64,000 bases of DNA from a virus (Duplodnaviria > Caudoviricetes). Below the pieces are notes generated by a model that saw nothing but the letters and a program-made list of their open reading frames with translations, made no database searches and was not told where the DNA came from. Numbering within the stretch: the first letter of the stretch is position 1; each line of letters opens with the position of its first letter. Shown here piece after piece: positions 48,701 to 56,263 of this stretch. The stretch covers positions 96,001 to 160,000 of IMG/VR virus record IMGVR_UViG_3300043447_000100; one strand, written 5' to 3'. The position numbers and the translations under genes are program-made.

Positions 48701-49484
48701 AGGCGGCGCGGCTACTGCCTTAAACTTAGGTGCTACAACAGGTACTACGACAGTCAACAACAACTTGACTGTAGCAGGTGACGTAGCGGTCAACGGTGGT
48801 GATATCACAACTAACCAGACTACATTCAACTTAGTCAACGCAACTGCCACAACAGTCAACTTAGGCGGCTCAGCAAGTATCAACATGAGTGCGGCAGGTA
48901 GAACAACCGCAATCGCAGGTGCGACAACTATCGGTCAAACACTAGGCGTAACAGGCACATCTACATTCACAGGCGCAGTAACTGTAAACAACGGTCTAAC
49001 AGTCAGTGGTACAAACACACTAACAACTAGAACAATCACTACAGGTGCGTCAGGTACTACTGGTACTATCACTGGTACTTGGACACTAGGTGCTGGTTCA
49101 ACCTTACAAGCAACATACGCTGACTTGGCCGAACGCTACAAGAGTGATGACGATTATGAACCAGGTACAGTGCTAATGATCGGCGGTGAAGCAGAAGTAA
49201 CAGTCGCTACTCTCAAAGGCAAAAACAAACTTGCCGGTATCGTATCTACAAACCCTGCTTATGTTCTAAACTCTATGGAACAAGGCAGCGTCATCATCGG
49301 TCTAGCAGGTCGTGTCCCATGTTTTGTTATCGGCAAAATCGAGAAGGGTGATATGCTCACAATCAGTGCTATCCCAGGTGTAGCAACCAGCACTGAGGAG
49401 CCTATTGCCGTAATCGGTCGTGCTCTCCAAAACTACAACAGCGGCGAAGTCGGTATGATTGAAGTAATGATCGGAAGAGCGTAA
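42708..49484 (+). CDS. Giant repetitive tail fibre / adhesin-like virion protein, 2258 aa
   Basis: N-terminal LPQLAPGELGW..D..RLFIG anchor, long T/N/A/G repeat arrays, C-terminal YADLAERY...GIVSTNPAY...GRVP chaperone-like domain. Confidence 0.85.
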   Translation: MAITQNSRIINRTGNLADLPQLAPGELGWASDVKRLFIGNEAKDGANTVPDNTEILTIFNPGSGAGSNTQIQINKEGALYAEDSFKYDYEANTQLLTVPNVSVTTQVTIGSNAGVDTSALDLNNKELVVYGNAIITGDITAAGNITYVSQNQLTVSDPVIQLGVVSGSGQTAQAYVGDRGIMLNHQSSKEAAFMGYMPGGDQTKMNFANYFVMGDVAKYANGELWYEPTLTSNNVVLKKFGDTIMGNIVLAETANPTSDLATTAKVIVGKNTHIWTKYVQNDNSNIEIRANGSTSTSSIRDFGGADSYFSNATSDTGNIIFNVRNVASVIDVSADPTLGDPAYANANVINEYKNGNANYNSKSTTYLNGNVVIQRIKSSLIPAVDGALGANSGSVGNAVDGYDLGSDNFRWRDLYLSGNTIYLGEAGTANVGNPGDPTTNPAYKNSAKIQIANLVTTTGNTSALTFMAPDTAHYVLYKSGGSSKLSLFSNVAQGPGAYANGALAPVVTLDSSGNVTTTSNVGGVTQTVTMTPSGSVTSQTTAANGAVTTVAIASSTNPAATGVSTQQQYANGDVISYSNLYANGTFTTADSTGNSTTITPTGITLTGGNIQSTSAGTNPFNGDLEVAGWANVHGGTLNISDTAKDISGVVTQANTAIISSLNNTFSLLNTNVNTANVLGAGATINIARDIATSGGTLSVGPTGLVASGTRSYTMGMSAPTNPAIVTTTNLFNTNVDTLNFAGSANTINMGTTSGTLTVNNPTVVGTQPVQNLWNTVTSTFNIFGNASTINAGAANSTLNLQASTIVGVSTQTTQNLWNANATTVNAFGAADTMNVGNANSTLNLLANTIVGTATQTTQNLWNANATTVNMLGAASTINMGAGSGTLTIGNPIVVGTQATQNLWNTTASTVNFGGAATAINIGNTAGIMTLRNPTVVGTQTTQSLFNTVATTLNFGGAATTTNMGAANSVLNLRSSTVVGTSTQTTQNLWDANATTVNFISAAINANIAKIATTLNLASEATAAQTANVALTSGTQTANVLYAGGASQTVDAIRSAGTQTANVLYATGDQTLALGHTAADQTLTAFTAASDQTATALTAGATLTANILYSADDQTLNLGRTATDLTANVLNSGATQALDIARATTTLTANAFTAGTDQTLVLATAGADLTANALSAVSDATLTIGRTGATLTATVLRSGDDQTLTLAVSDQNLTANAFYSTDDQALNLGRTAGDLTANLLNAGASQTLELAKATTTLDANVLYSGGDQDLTLGTTAGFMTANVLYSTNNMNVDLARSAVNITGNVLASTMDQTLALATAGGILSANAFYSTSDQSLGFARTAANLAANVLYSTDTMQLNLARTASTLAANVLYSADDQNLSLGRTANDMTANLFYAGQTQTANVLTTGSTQTANVLVSGAAQTLTLAGATTTQNLVLANAGGTQVIDAFTTTGTQTSNVLVVSGTASQTANIAQAQGTQTLNIATLSTASSIYNLFTGPTGSGNTKTINFGTGGQSNTTNFNIGSNAGTMIINTPAIAGSQTTQSLYNTTATTVNFAGAATTINMGAGNGTLNLLSNTVVGTASQTTQNLWDANATTINFGGAATAINIGATSGTVLIDNPTVVGSQATQNLWDSNATTINFGGAATAINIGATTGTVLIDNPTVVGSQATQNLWDANATTINFGGAATQINIGATSGTVLIDNPTVVGSQTVQNLWDANATTVNFARAATTLNMGATSGTATLQNPTVVGTQTTQNLWNTVATTVNLAGTASTINMGATGGTTTLRSSTVVGTDTTQNLWDTTATTVNAFGAASTIAMGASGGTTTLRSSTVVGTGATQTLWNTTATTVNAFGAATAINVGATSGTVTINNPTVVGTQTTQNLWNSTATTVNFAGAGTAITIGATSGTTTVRNDLAVNGSVTLGDANTDNVVFNADVNSSIIPNNNVTNDLGTAAQQWRNLFVQDITLSGDVAVNGGDITTTQTTFNLINTNATTLNVGGAATALNLGATTGTTTVNNNLTVAGDVAVNGGDITTNQTTFNLVNATATTVNLGGSASINMSAAGRTTAIAGATTIGQTLGVTGTSTFTGAVTVNNGLTVSGTNTLTTRTITTGASGTTGTITGTWTLGAGSTLQATYADLAERYKSDDDYEPGTVLMIGGEAEVTVATLKGKNKLAGIVSTNPAYVLNSMEQGSVIIGLAGRVPCFVIGKIEKGDMLTISAIPGVATSTEEPIAVIGRALQNYNSGEVGMIEVMIGRA
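44984..48440 (+). repeat. Degenerate protein repeat arrays in the fibre gene
   Basis: About 35-aa units (NPTVVG.Q.TQNLW...ATTVNF.GAAT.IN.GA..GT) in two blocks, flanking a block of about 22-aa units (DQTL.L...A..LTANVL.S). Boundaries are approximate. Confidence 0.85.
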
Positions 49485-49494
49485 CTAATAGGAG

Positions 49495-49528
49495 CATAGA
49501 TATCGGCCGTGATAAGTAGATATCTATG
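49495..49528 (+). promoter_or_regulatory. Perfect 10-bp hairpin covering the 49526 ATG, with a late box in the loop
   Basis: CATAGATATC (49495-504) pairs with GATATCTATG (49519-28); GATAAGTA is at 49511. Confidence 0.75.
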
Positions 49529-49969
49529 AATCCGTTTCAGTTATCTTTTCCTGAACGCCTACACTCGTGGCGTCATCTAAGACACGATAGAGACCATCTT
49601 TCAAAAAAAGACTTTATCGTAGCAGTAGACAAATGGTGGCAACAGGCACCGCTAGTCAAACAACATCTTCACTGGAATGACCAAGAAAATTGGCCCGATC
49701 CATGGACGATGTTATCCGAAAACAACTATTGCCTATTGACAAGAGCAATGGGTATGATATACTCTTTATTACTATGCGGTATCAATGACATAGAATTAGT
49801 GATGGTATCTGACCAGCAGTGCGAGGAGCATTTCTTGGTCTTAGTCTCAGATGACGGCGCAAAATATACGCTTAACTACTGGCCTGACTCTGTACTAAGT
49901 ACTACTCTCGACCAATTCACTATTGTCCGAACGATATCGTTGGATCCCCTACAAAATAAGATAAAATAA
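49526..49969 (+). CDS. Hypothetical protein, possibly transglutaminase-like cysteine protease fold
   Basis: WP.PW..L....C....A.G..Y.L ... H.LVLV ... LNY spacing. Confidence 0.5.
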   Translation: MNPFQLSFPERLHSWRHLRHDRDHLSKKDFIVAVDKWWQQAPLVKQHLHWNDQENWPDPWTMLSENNYCLLTRAMGMIYSLLLCGINDIELVMVSDQQCEEHFLVLVSDDGAKYTLNYWPDSVLSTTLDQFTIVRTISLDPLQNKIK

Positions 49970-49971
49970 CA

Positions 49972-52296
49972 ATGACCACTATTCACGTAATTAAACGCAA
50001 TGGCGAACGAGCACCACTCGATATTGCCAAAATCCAAAGACAAGTAAAAAATTGCTGTACCGGTATCGACGGCGTATCACCATCTATGATTGAACTTCGA
50101 GCGCAGATTCAATTTACTGATGGTATGACTACAGAGACAATCGATCAGCTACTACTTCAAGCTATGGTAGGTTTGATTGACGAGACTGAGAACCCAGAAG
50201 TGAACAACGTCAACTATCAGCACTGCGCAGGTCGTCAGCGTAGTTCAATGTTACGCAAACAAGTATATGGCAATTATGAGCCTATCAGTTTATACGAAAT
50301 AGTAAAGAAGAACGTAGAAGCAGGAATGTATACGCCTGAGTTATTAGAATGGTATACACGTGAAGAATGGGACATTATCGACCTGTTCATTGACCATACA
50401 AAGGATGAAAAATACAGTTATGCCGCTATTGAGCAATTATGTGAAAAGTATCTGGTACAAAATAGAAGTACTGGTAAAGTATATGAAACACCTCAAGTTC
50501 GCTACGCAGTCGCATCTGCTACCGCGTTTCACAATGAAGACCCAAAGAACAGACTCAAACTTGTTAAAGACTATTATGAGTGCGCCAGCGATGGCCACTT
50601 TACACTCGCTACTCCCGTACTTGCTGGGCTTGGCACTACTACTAAGCAGTTCAGTAGTTGTGTTCTTATTTCCGCAGACGATACCCTTGATAGCATCTTT
50701 GCCGCTGGCGAGATGATGGCAAAGTATGCCTCGAAACGTGCTGGCATCGGCTTAGAGATCGGTCGTATTCGTCCTCTAGGCGCACCGATTCGCAACGGTG
50801 AAATCAAACACACTGGTCTTATCCCATTCTTGAAGAAGTGGTTCGGTGACTTACGTAGTTGTTCACAAGGTGGTATTCGTAACGCCTCTTGTACAGTATA
50901 CCTACCGATCTGGCACTATCAGTTCGATGACTTTATCGTTCTAAAGAACAACCAAGGCACAGAAGAAACTCGTGTACGTCAGATGGACTATAGTGTTGTT
51001 ATCTCTAAGCTATTCTGGCGCAGATACAAAGATGGTGGCGTAATCACTATGTTTGACCCGCATGAAGTGCCTGACTTATATGAAGCATACTATCGTAACA
51101 GCAAGCGATTCGAAGAACTCTACCTCAAGTATGAGAAGGATGCTACTAAGAAAAAGAAAGTAATTTCAGCAGAAGAAGTATTCAAGAACGGCGTACTCAA
51201 AGAACGCACAGACACTGGTCGTATCTACATCGTCAACATTGATAACGTAATCAATCAAGGCCCGTTTGATACTGAAACTGATCCTATCTACATGAGTAAT
51301 CTCTGTAGTGAAATTCTCTTGCCAACTCGTCCATTCCAACGATTAGAAGATGATCGTGGTCGTATTGCTCTATGTACACTAGGCTCAATCAACATGGGCA
51401 TTGGTCGTGATCCACAAAGCGTTCGTAAGGCTTGCCGTGTTTTAGTTCGTTCCCTAAGTAACTTACTATCATACCAAGACTTCCTATCAGTACAGAGTAA
51501 ATTAGCTAACGGCGACTTTGAACCACTAGGTGTAGGCGTTACTAACTTAGCATACTGGCATGCTCGTCGTGGTTACAAGTACGGCTCACCAGAAGCACTA
51601 GCTGATTTGAAGCGTTGGATGGAACACATTGCTTACTATCTAACAGAAGCCTCAGTTGAACTAGCAGAAGAACGTGGTGCTTGCTTACGTAGTGAACACA
51701 CATGGTACGGCAAAGGCGTATTCCCATGGGAACGCCGCGCTGAAGGCGTGAATGAACTCACAGACTTCTCGCCATCTATGGACTGGGAACCACTACGTGA
51801 GCGAATGAAGAAGAGCGGCATTCGTAATGCTACACTAATGGCCGTGGCACCGGTCGAGTCCAGCTCAGTTGTGTTAAACTCCACCAACGGAATTGAAATG
51901 CCGATGGAATTGATTTCTGTAAAGGAATCGAAAGCTGGATCGTTTGTACAAGTCGTGCCAGAGTACAAACGTCTAAAGAATCGTTATCAGCTAATGTGGG
52001 ATCAACAAGATTGTACAGACTACTTAAAGACAGCCGCAGTTATTGCCGCTTATGTAGACCAGTCAATCTCTACTAACACATTCTATAACCCTGCTAACTA
52101 CGAAGGCGGTAAAGTGCCAGGTACTACTATCGCTAAGAACTTGATGTTGGGTGTACACTGGGGTCTAAAGACTTATTACTACTCACTCATCAACAAGCAA
52201 GGCGCTAAACACGCACTCAAAGAAGAAAACGTCATTCAATTCCAACCACCAGTTGAGATTGCCGAAGACGAAGACTGCGAGGCTTGTAAATTATAA
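49972..52296 (+). CDS. nrdA: Ribonucleotide reductase class Ia alpha subunit
   Basis: ATP cone VIKRNG, QFSSC, SNLCSE, APVESSS, TYYY and C-terminal CEAC. Confidence 0.98.
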   Translation: MTTIHVIKRNGERAPLDIAKIQRQVKNCCTGIDGVSPSMIELRAQIQFTDGMTTETIDQLLLQAMVGLIDETENPEVNNVNYQHCAGRQRSSMLRKQVYGNYEPISLYEIVKKNVEAGMYTPELLEWYTREEWDIIDLFIDHTKDEKYSYAAIEQLCEKYLVQNRSTGKVYETPQVRYAVASATAFHNEDPKNRLKLVKDYYECASDGHFTLATPVLAGLGTTTKQFSSCVLISADDTLDSIFAAGEMMAKYASKRAGIGLEIGRIRPLGAPIRNGEIKHTGLIPFLKKWFGDLRSCSQGGIRNASCTVYLPIWHYQFDDFIVLKNNQGTEETRVRQMDYSVVISKLFWRRYKDGGVITMFDPHEVPDLYEAYYRNSKRFEELYLKYEKDATKKKKVISAEEVFKNGVLKERTDTGRIYIVNIDNVINQGPFDTETDPIYMSNLCSEILLPTRPFQRLEDDRGRIALCTLGSINMGIGRDPQSVRKACRVLVRSLSNLLSYQDFLSVQSKLANGDFEPLGVGVTNLAYWHARRGYKYGSPEALADLKRWMEHIAYYLTEASVELAEERGACLRSEHTWYGKGVFPWERRAEGVNELTDFSPSMDWEPLRERMKKSGIRNATLMAVAPVESSSVVLNSTNGIEMPMELISVKESKAGSFVQVVPEYKRLKNRYQLMWDQQDCTDYLKTAAVIAAYVDQSISTNTFYNPANYEGGKVPGTTIAKNLMLGVHWGLKTYYYSLINKQGAKHALKEENVIQFQPPVEIAEDEDCEACKL

Positions 52297-52311
52297 ACTA
52301 AAGGAAAATAA

Positions 52312-53520
52312 ATGAAAAAGCGCAATTACACACAAGACACGGTACGCCGATTACAAGGTAGTGTCCAAGTCGAACACACACTAGCAAAACGTGGAGCACA
52401 AAAACTTCGCCAACTACTAGCAACTGAGCCATACATCAATACACTTGGTGCTTACAACGGACAGATGGCAGTACAACACGCTAAAGCAGGACTCAAAGCA
52501 ATCTATTTGAGTGGTTGGCAAGTAGCGGCTGCTAACAACACTGCTAATCAAACTTATCCTGATCAATCCTTATACCCAGTTGATTCAGTGCCTAAAGTTG
52601 TCAAGGGAATCAATAACGCATTCCGTCGTGCGGATCAAATTGAGTACTCAGAGGGCAATCAAACTACTGATTACTTTCTACCAATCGTAGCAGACGCAGA
52701 AGCCGGCTTCGGCGGTGCTCTCAACTCATACGAACTAATGTCGGCTATGATTGAAGCAGGCGCCGCTGGTGTACACTTTGAAGACCAACTAAGTAGTGAA
52801 AAGAAATGCGGCCACTTAGGTGGCAAAGTACTCATCCCTACAGGACAGATGATTCGCACACTAAACGCGGCACGACTAGCAGCCGATGTTGCTGGCGTAG
52901 ACACAGTTATCATGGCTCGTACGGACGCAGAATCAGCAACCTTAATCACAAGCGACCATGATCCACTAGACAAGGATTACATTATTAATGAACGCACTGA
53001 AGAAGGCTTTTACAAATTTAAAAATGGCCTTGATGCTTGTATTAGCAGAGGTCTTGCTTATGCCCCTTACGCTGATCTCTTATGGTTCGAAACTAGTACA
53101 CCTGATATCGCACAAGCTAAGAAATTCGCCGATGCTATACACACTCAATTTCCGGACCAAATGCTTGCTTATAATTGCAGCCCTAGTTTTAATTGGCGCA
53201 AGTTTTTAAGTGAAGACGAGTGCGAAACGTTTCAGCGTGAACTAGGTGAACTAGGATACAAGTTCCAGTTTATTACATTAGCAGGCTTCCACTCCGTCAA
53301 TCTTGCTACATTCGAACTGGCAGAAGCATACAAGCAACGCGGCATGGCCGGTTACTCGGAGATGCAACAGCGTGAGTTTGCGGCACAAGAACGCGGCTTT
53401 ACAACAGTTAAACATCAGCGTGAAGTTGGTGTGGGTTATTTTGACTTAATCAGCGAAGCGGTTGGTGCCACATCAACAGTCGCTAATAAGTCATCAACAG
53501 AAGCAGATCAATTTCATTAA
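52312..53520 (+). CDS. aceA: Isocitrate lyase
   Basis: [38 protein letters not shown] (catalytic), [24 protein letters not shown] and KHQREVG. Confidence 0.97.
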   Translation: MKKRNYTQDTVRRLQGSVQVEHTLAKRGAQKLRQLLATEPYINTLGAYNGQMAVQHAKAGLKAIYLSGWQVAAANNTANQTYPDQSLYPVDSVPKVVKGINNAFRRADQIEYSEGNQTTDYFLPIVADAEAGFGGALNSYELMSAMIEAGAAGVHFEDQLSSEKKCGHLGGKVLIPTGQMIRTLNAARLAADVAGVDTVIMARTDAESATLITSDHDPLDKDYIINERTEEGFYKFKNGLDACISRGLAYAPYADLLWFETSTPDIAQAKKFADAIHTQFPDQMLAYNCSPSFNWRKFLSEDECETFQRELGELGYKFQFITLAGFHSVNLATFELAEAYKQRGMAGYSEMQQREFAAQERGFTTVKHQREVGVGYFDLISEAVGATSTVANKSSTEADQFH

Positions 53521-53526
53521 GGAGAT

Positions 53527-53595
53527 ATGATGGAACCATATTGCGAAAAATGTAATACAAGGCACGGCAGTAGTGAGCCGTGCTATAAAGGCTAA
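53527..53595 (+). CDS. Putative 22-aa micro-protein MMEPYCEKCNTRHGSSEPCYKG
   Basis: TAAGGAG RBS at 53518-24; fills the gap between aceA and the next ORF; C-x2-C-x3-H-x5-C pattern. Confidence 0.45.
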   Translation: MMEPYCEKCNTRHGSSEPCYKG

Positions 53596-53600
53596 TTGAT

Positions 53601-53783
53601 ATGATAGACGCCTATAACATCAGTTTCATGCTAAAAAATTTCTGGGCAAAACTAGCACTACCAGCAAGTGGTGCTAGTAATAGAGCACTAGAAGTACCAG
53701 TATATGTACAAGAGAACGATGAACTCAAACGAGTTGTGGACGTAATCGAACAAGACGGTAAAATCATACTAGTCAAAGAATAA
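53601..53783 (+). CDS. Hypothetical 60-aa protein
   Basis: AAGG RBS, phage-like codon usage, followed by a GGCAC/GTGCC hairpin and T-tract (about 53788-53808). Confidence 0.6.
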   Translation: MIDAYNISFMLKNFWAKLALPASGASNRALEVPVYVQENDELKRVVDVIEQDGKIILVKE

Positions 53784-53894
53784 ACAAGGCACCATCGAGT
53801 GCCCTTTTCGCATAATACAGAGAGATAATTACACACCATTTTTCATAAATACTTGACCTAACAAAAATAACAATAATAAGAAAGGTTGGGGGAA

Positions 53895-55970
53895 ATGAAA
53901 AAACTAATTGCGTCCGCAATTCTTGCGGTGGCGCCCGTACTCTCATGGGCGGATAATGTTTTAGTGATTGATCCTGTTTACAGTAATCTAGCACAAAACG
54001 TAGAGAGTAGACTTGTAGCGGCTGGACACACCGTTACTATCACTACTGATACAACACAGATTCCATCATCTACTGGTTCGTATCAGCAAGTATGGGACTT
54101 ACGTCCACAAACAGCCTTATCATCAACAGAACAAACGGCCCTATCATCGTTTGTAACTGGTGGTGGTTTTGCCTACTTTGTGACAGAAAACCCAGGTTGC
54201 TGTATGGCACGTAACAATAGTGTTGCGGCGCTTATCACGAATCTAGGCGGCGGTACAACTAACATTGGTCCAGGTTGGGCTAACAACGTTGAATCAAATG
54301 TCAACACAACTTATATGACAAGTGGTATCACGGTAAACTATGCCGCTGTTGCCGCTATTGTAAACAGTCAAGGTATTCCACTTATCAGTGACGCTAACGG
54401 TAACGTATCTGGTATGAGTTGGATTGGTCGTGCTGGCGCTCTAGGCAGTGGCGTGACAGGTACTATTGTAACTGTTGCTGACGTAAACTGGTTAGATGCT
54501 ACTCGCTTCAATGCTACAGGCACAACAGCACAACAGCAGAACGTACAAGCACTAGATGATATCATTCGTGGTATCGTTGCTGGTACAGTAAGCGGCACAA
54601 TCAGTGCTAGTGGTAATGGTTCTGGTGCTACTAACGGCAGTGGCGGCGGTAGCAGTAACAACAGCAACAGTGGTCCATGGACTAACGCCGCAAACATTAC
54701 TGTAAACAACAGTGGCACTATGATTGATGGCACTAACAACGGCGTATTCAACAACGCTGGCACAGTTGGTGCGGTTACTAACAACGGCATCTTTACAAAC
54801 ACTGGCACAATGGCTAGTATTGTAAACAACGGCACGTTCATTACTAACTCTACTACCTTAGCTACATACTCACAGTCATCAACTGGCAGTACAGTACTAG
54901 ACTATGGCAATCAGCTAACAGTAACTGGTGCCGCAACACTAGACGGTAACTTGACTCTACTAGGCACAGTGCCATCAGTAGGTCGTTATACTGTTCTAAC
55001 TGGTAACGGCGTAACTGGTACATACTCAAGCTACACTGGTGCTGGCGTACTACGATACACACCAACTGAAGTTCAGTACTGGGTATTTCCATCCCAGCAA
55101 ACTCTACAATCACAAGTTGACACACAAGCAACAGCACTAAGTCGTCTAACAGGCTTATCTGGCGCTTCAACACTAGGTTCACTAGGCAATGATTGTGGCA
55201 GTTTTGGTGATAAGGGTGGCTGTATTGCCGTCAACGTGGGCAGTAGTAAGACTGGTACTGGTGACCTAAACACAGCAGGTATTACAGTATCAAAGAGTAT
55301 TGACGCTAACTGGAGAGCAGGTGTGTTTACATCATCTAACTTGAACAACCCAAGTTCTGGTGACGTAAGTTACGCAGCTAAGAACCCAGCACTAGGCGTA
55401 ATGGTGGGCTGGAATGAAGGCGCTGATGGTATCGGCTACGGTGTAGGAGCATCAGCAGTTGTAAACTCTGGAGACTACTCACTAGGCGGCTATCGTGCTG
55501 GTGCTAAGACTCAAGCATATCAAGTCAAAGCGACATTCACTAAGCCACTAGATGCTACTACATTCGTTACGCCATATGCGGGTGTTCGTTATAGTCGTAC
55601 ATCAGTAGATGGTTACACTGAAGTCGGCCCTGTATTCCCACTAACATTCGGCGGTGTTACACAAACATCAACTGACTTGTTAGTAGGTGTAAGTGCTTCT
55701 ACCAAAGTAGCTGATGGTCTAACAGCCTCAGTAAACGCTGGTGTAGTACATAATCTAGACTACAATGCTGGTACAGTAACAGCAACTGGTGAGCCAGGCA
55801 CATACCAATCTAATCTAGTTGACACACGTAAGACAAGTGCCTCACTAGGTGCTGGTCTAAGCTACGCTATCGACAAGGAAACTAAGATCGGTGCTAGTAT
55901 TGGCTGGCAACAGAAGGGCACAACATCTGATATCTCATCCGTTGGTGTAAACCTAACTAAGTCATTCTGA
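53895..55970 (+). CDS. Autotransporter-like outer-membrane protein
   Basis: Signal peptide MKKLIASAILAVAPVLSWA, short beta-helix (N.G) repeats, YSQSSTG junction, alternating beta strands (TPYAGVRY...VDGYTE), terminal Phe. Confidence 0.8.
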   Translation: MKKLIASAILAVAPVLSWADNVLVIDPVYSNLAQNVESRLVAAGHTVTITTDTTQIPSSTGSYQQVWDLRPQTALSSTEQTALSSFVTGGGFAYFVTENPGCCMARNNSVAALITNLGGGTTNIGPGWANNVESNVNTTYMTSGITVNYAAVAAIVNSQGIPLISDANGNVSGMSWIGRAGALGSGVTGTIVTVADVNWLDATRFNATGTTAQQQNVQALDDIIRGIVAGTVSGTISASGNGSGATNGSGGGSSNNSNSGPWTNAANITVNNSGTMIDGTNNGVFNNAGTVGAVTNNGIFTNTGTMASIVNNGTFITNSTTLATYSQSSTGSTVLDYGNQLTVTGAATLDGNLTLLGTVPSVGRYTVLTGNGVTGTYSSYTGAGVLRYTPTEVQYWVFPSQQTLQSQVDTQATALSRLTGLSGASTLGSLGNDCGSFGDKGGCIAVNVGSSKTGTGDLNTAGITVSKSIDANWRAGVFTSSNLNNPSSGDVSYAAKNPALGVMVGWNEGADGIGYGVGASAVVNSGDYSLGGYRAGAKTQAYQVKATFTKPLDATTFVTPYAGVRYSRTSVDGYTEVGPVFPLTFGGVTQTSTDLLVGVSASTKVADGLTASVNAGVVHNLDYNAGTVTATGEPGTYQSNLVDTRKTSASLGAGLSYAIDKETKIGASIGWQQKGTTSDISSVGVNLTKSF

Positions 55971-55987
55971 TTTTATTCAGACTAGAG

Positions 55988-56018
55988 AATGGCGTACTAA
56001 GTACAGTACGCCATTTTT
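55988..56018 (+). terminator. Rho-independent terminator
   Basis: AATGGCGTACT-AAGTAC-AGTACGCCATT-TTT. Confidence 0.85.
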
Positions 56019-56066
56019 CTTTGTGTAAAGTATCTGTTTACTTGTGTGCTTTGGATAAAGTAAATA

Positions 56067-56094
56067 TTGACTCCGTGTAAAAAAGTGTTATAAT
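56067..56094 (+). promoter_or_regulatory. Sigma70-type promoter, leaderless
   Basis: TTGACT-16 bp-TATAAT with TG extension; ATG 6 nt downstream. Confidence 0.7.
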
Positions 56095-56100
56095 AGTTAG

Positions 56101-56262
56101 ATGAAGAAACTATGGAGAATATGGGCAAAAGCACTAGGCGAGAAAAGTGGCAACACTGACGCCGAGAGTGACTTGATTGCCCTAGTCAGAACTGTTATAA
56201 TACTAACTTATCTGGTCACAAACTGCTTTATCGTAGCAGGTGTGATTCGTCATTGGAATTAA
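56101..56262 (+). CDS. 53-aa small membrane protein (absent from the ORF track)
   Basis: MKKLWRIWAKALGEKSGNTDAESDLIALVRTVIILTYLVTNCFIVAGVIRHWN; one hydrophobic segment. Resembles a small protein I recall from T4-like phages. Confidence 0.75.
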   Translation: MKKLWRIWAKALGEKSGNTDAESDLIALVRTVIILTYLVTNCFIVAGVIRHWN

Positions 56263-56263
56263 C

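Noticed and set aside
44537-48886. Long antisense ORFs (427 aa and 263 aa) within the fibre gene
   Set aside because: Shadow frames of a repetitive Thr/Asn/Ala-coding sense strand; V/L/P-rich, with no RBS or promoter.
13787-56100. tRNA or other structured RNA genes in intergenic gaps
   Set aside because: No cloverleaf or T-loop (GTTCRA) context was found by eye. The gaps are explained by promoters and terminators, though a covariance-model scan was not possible.
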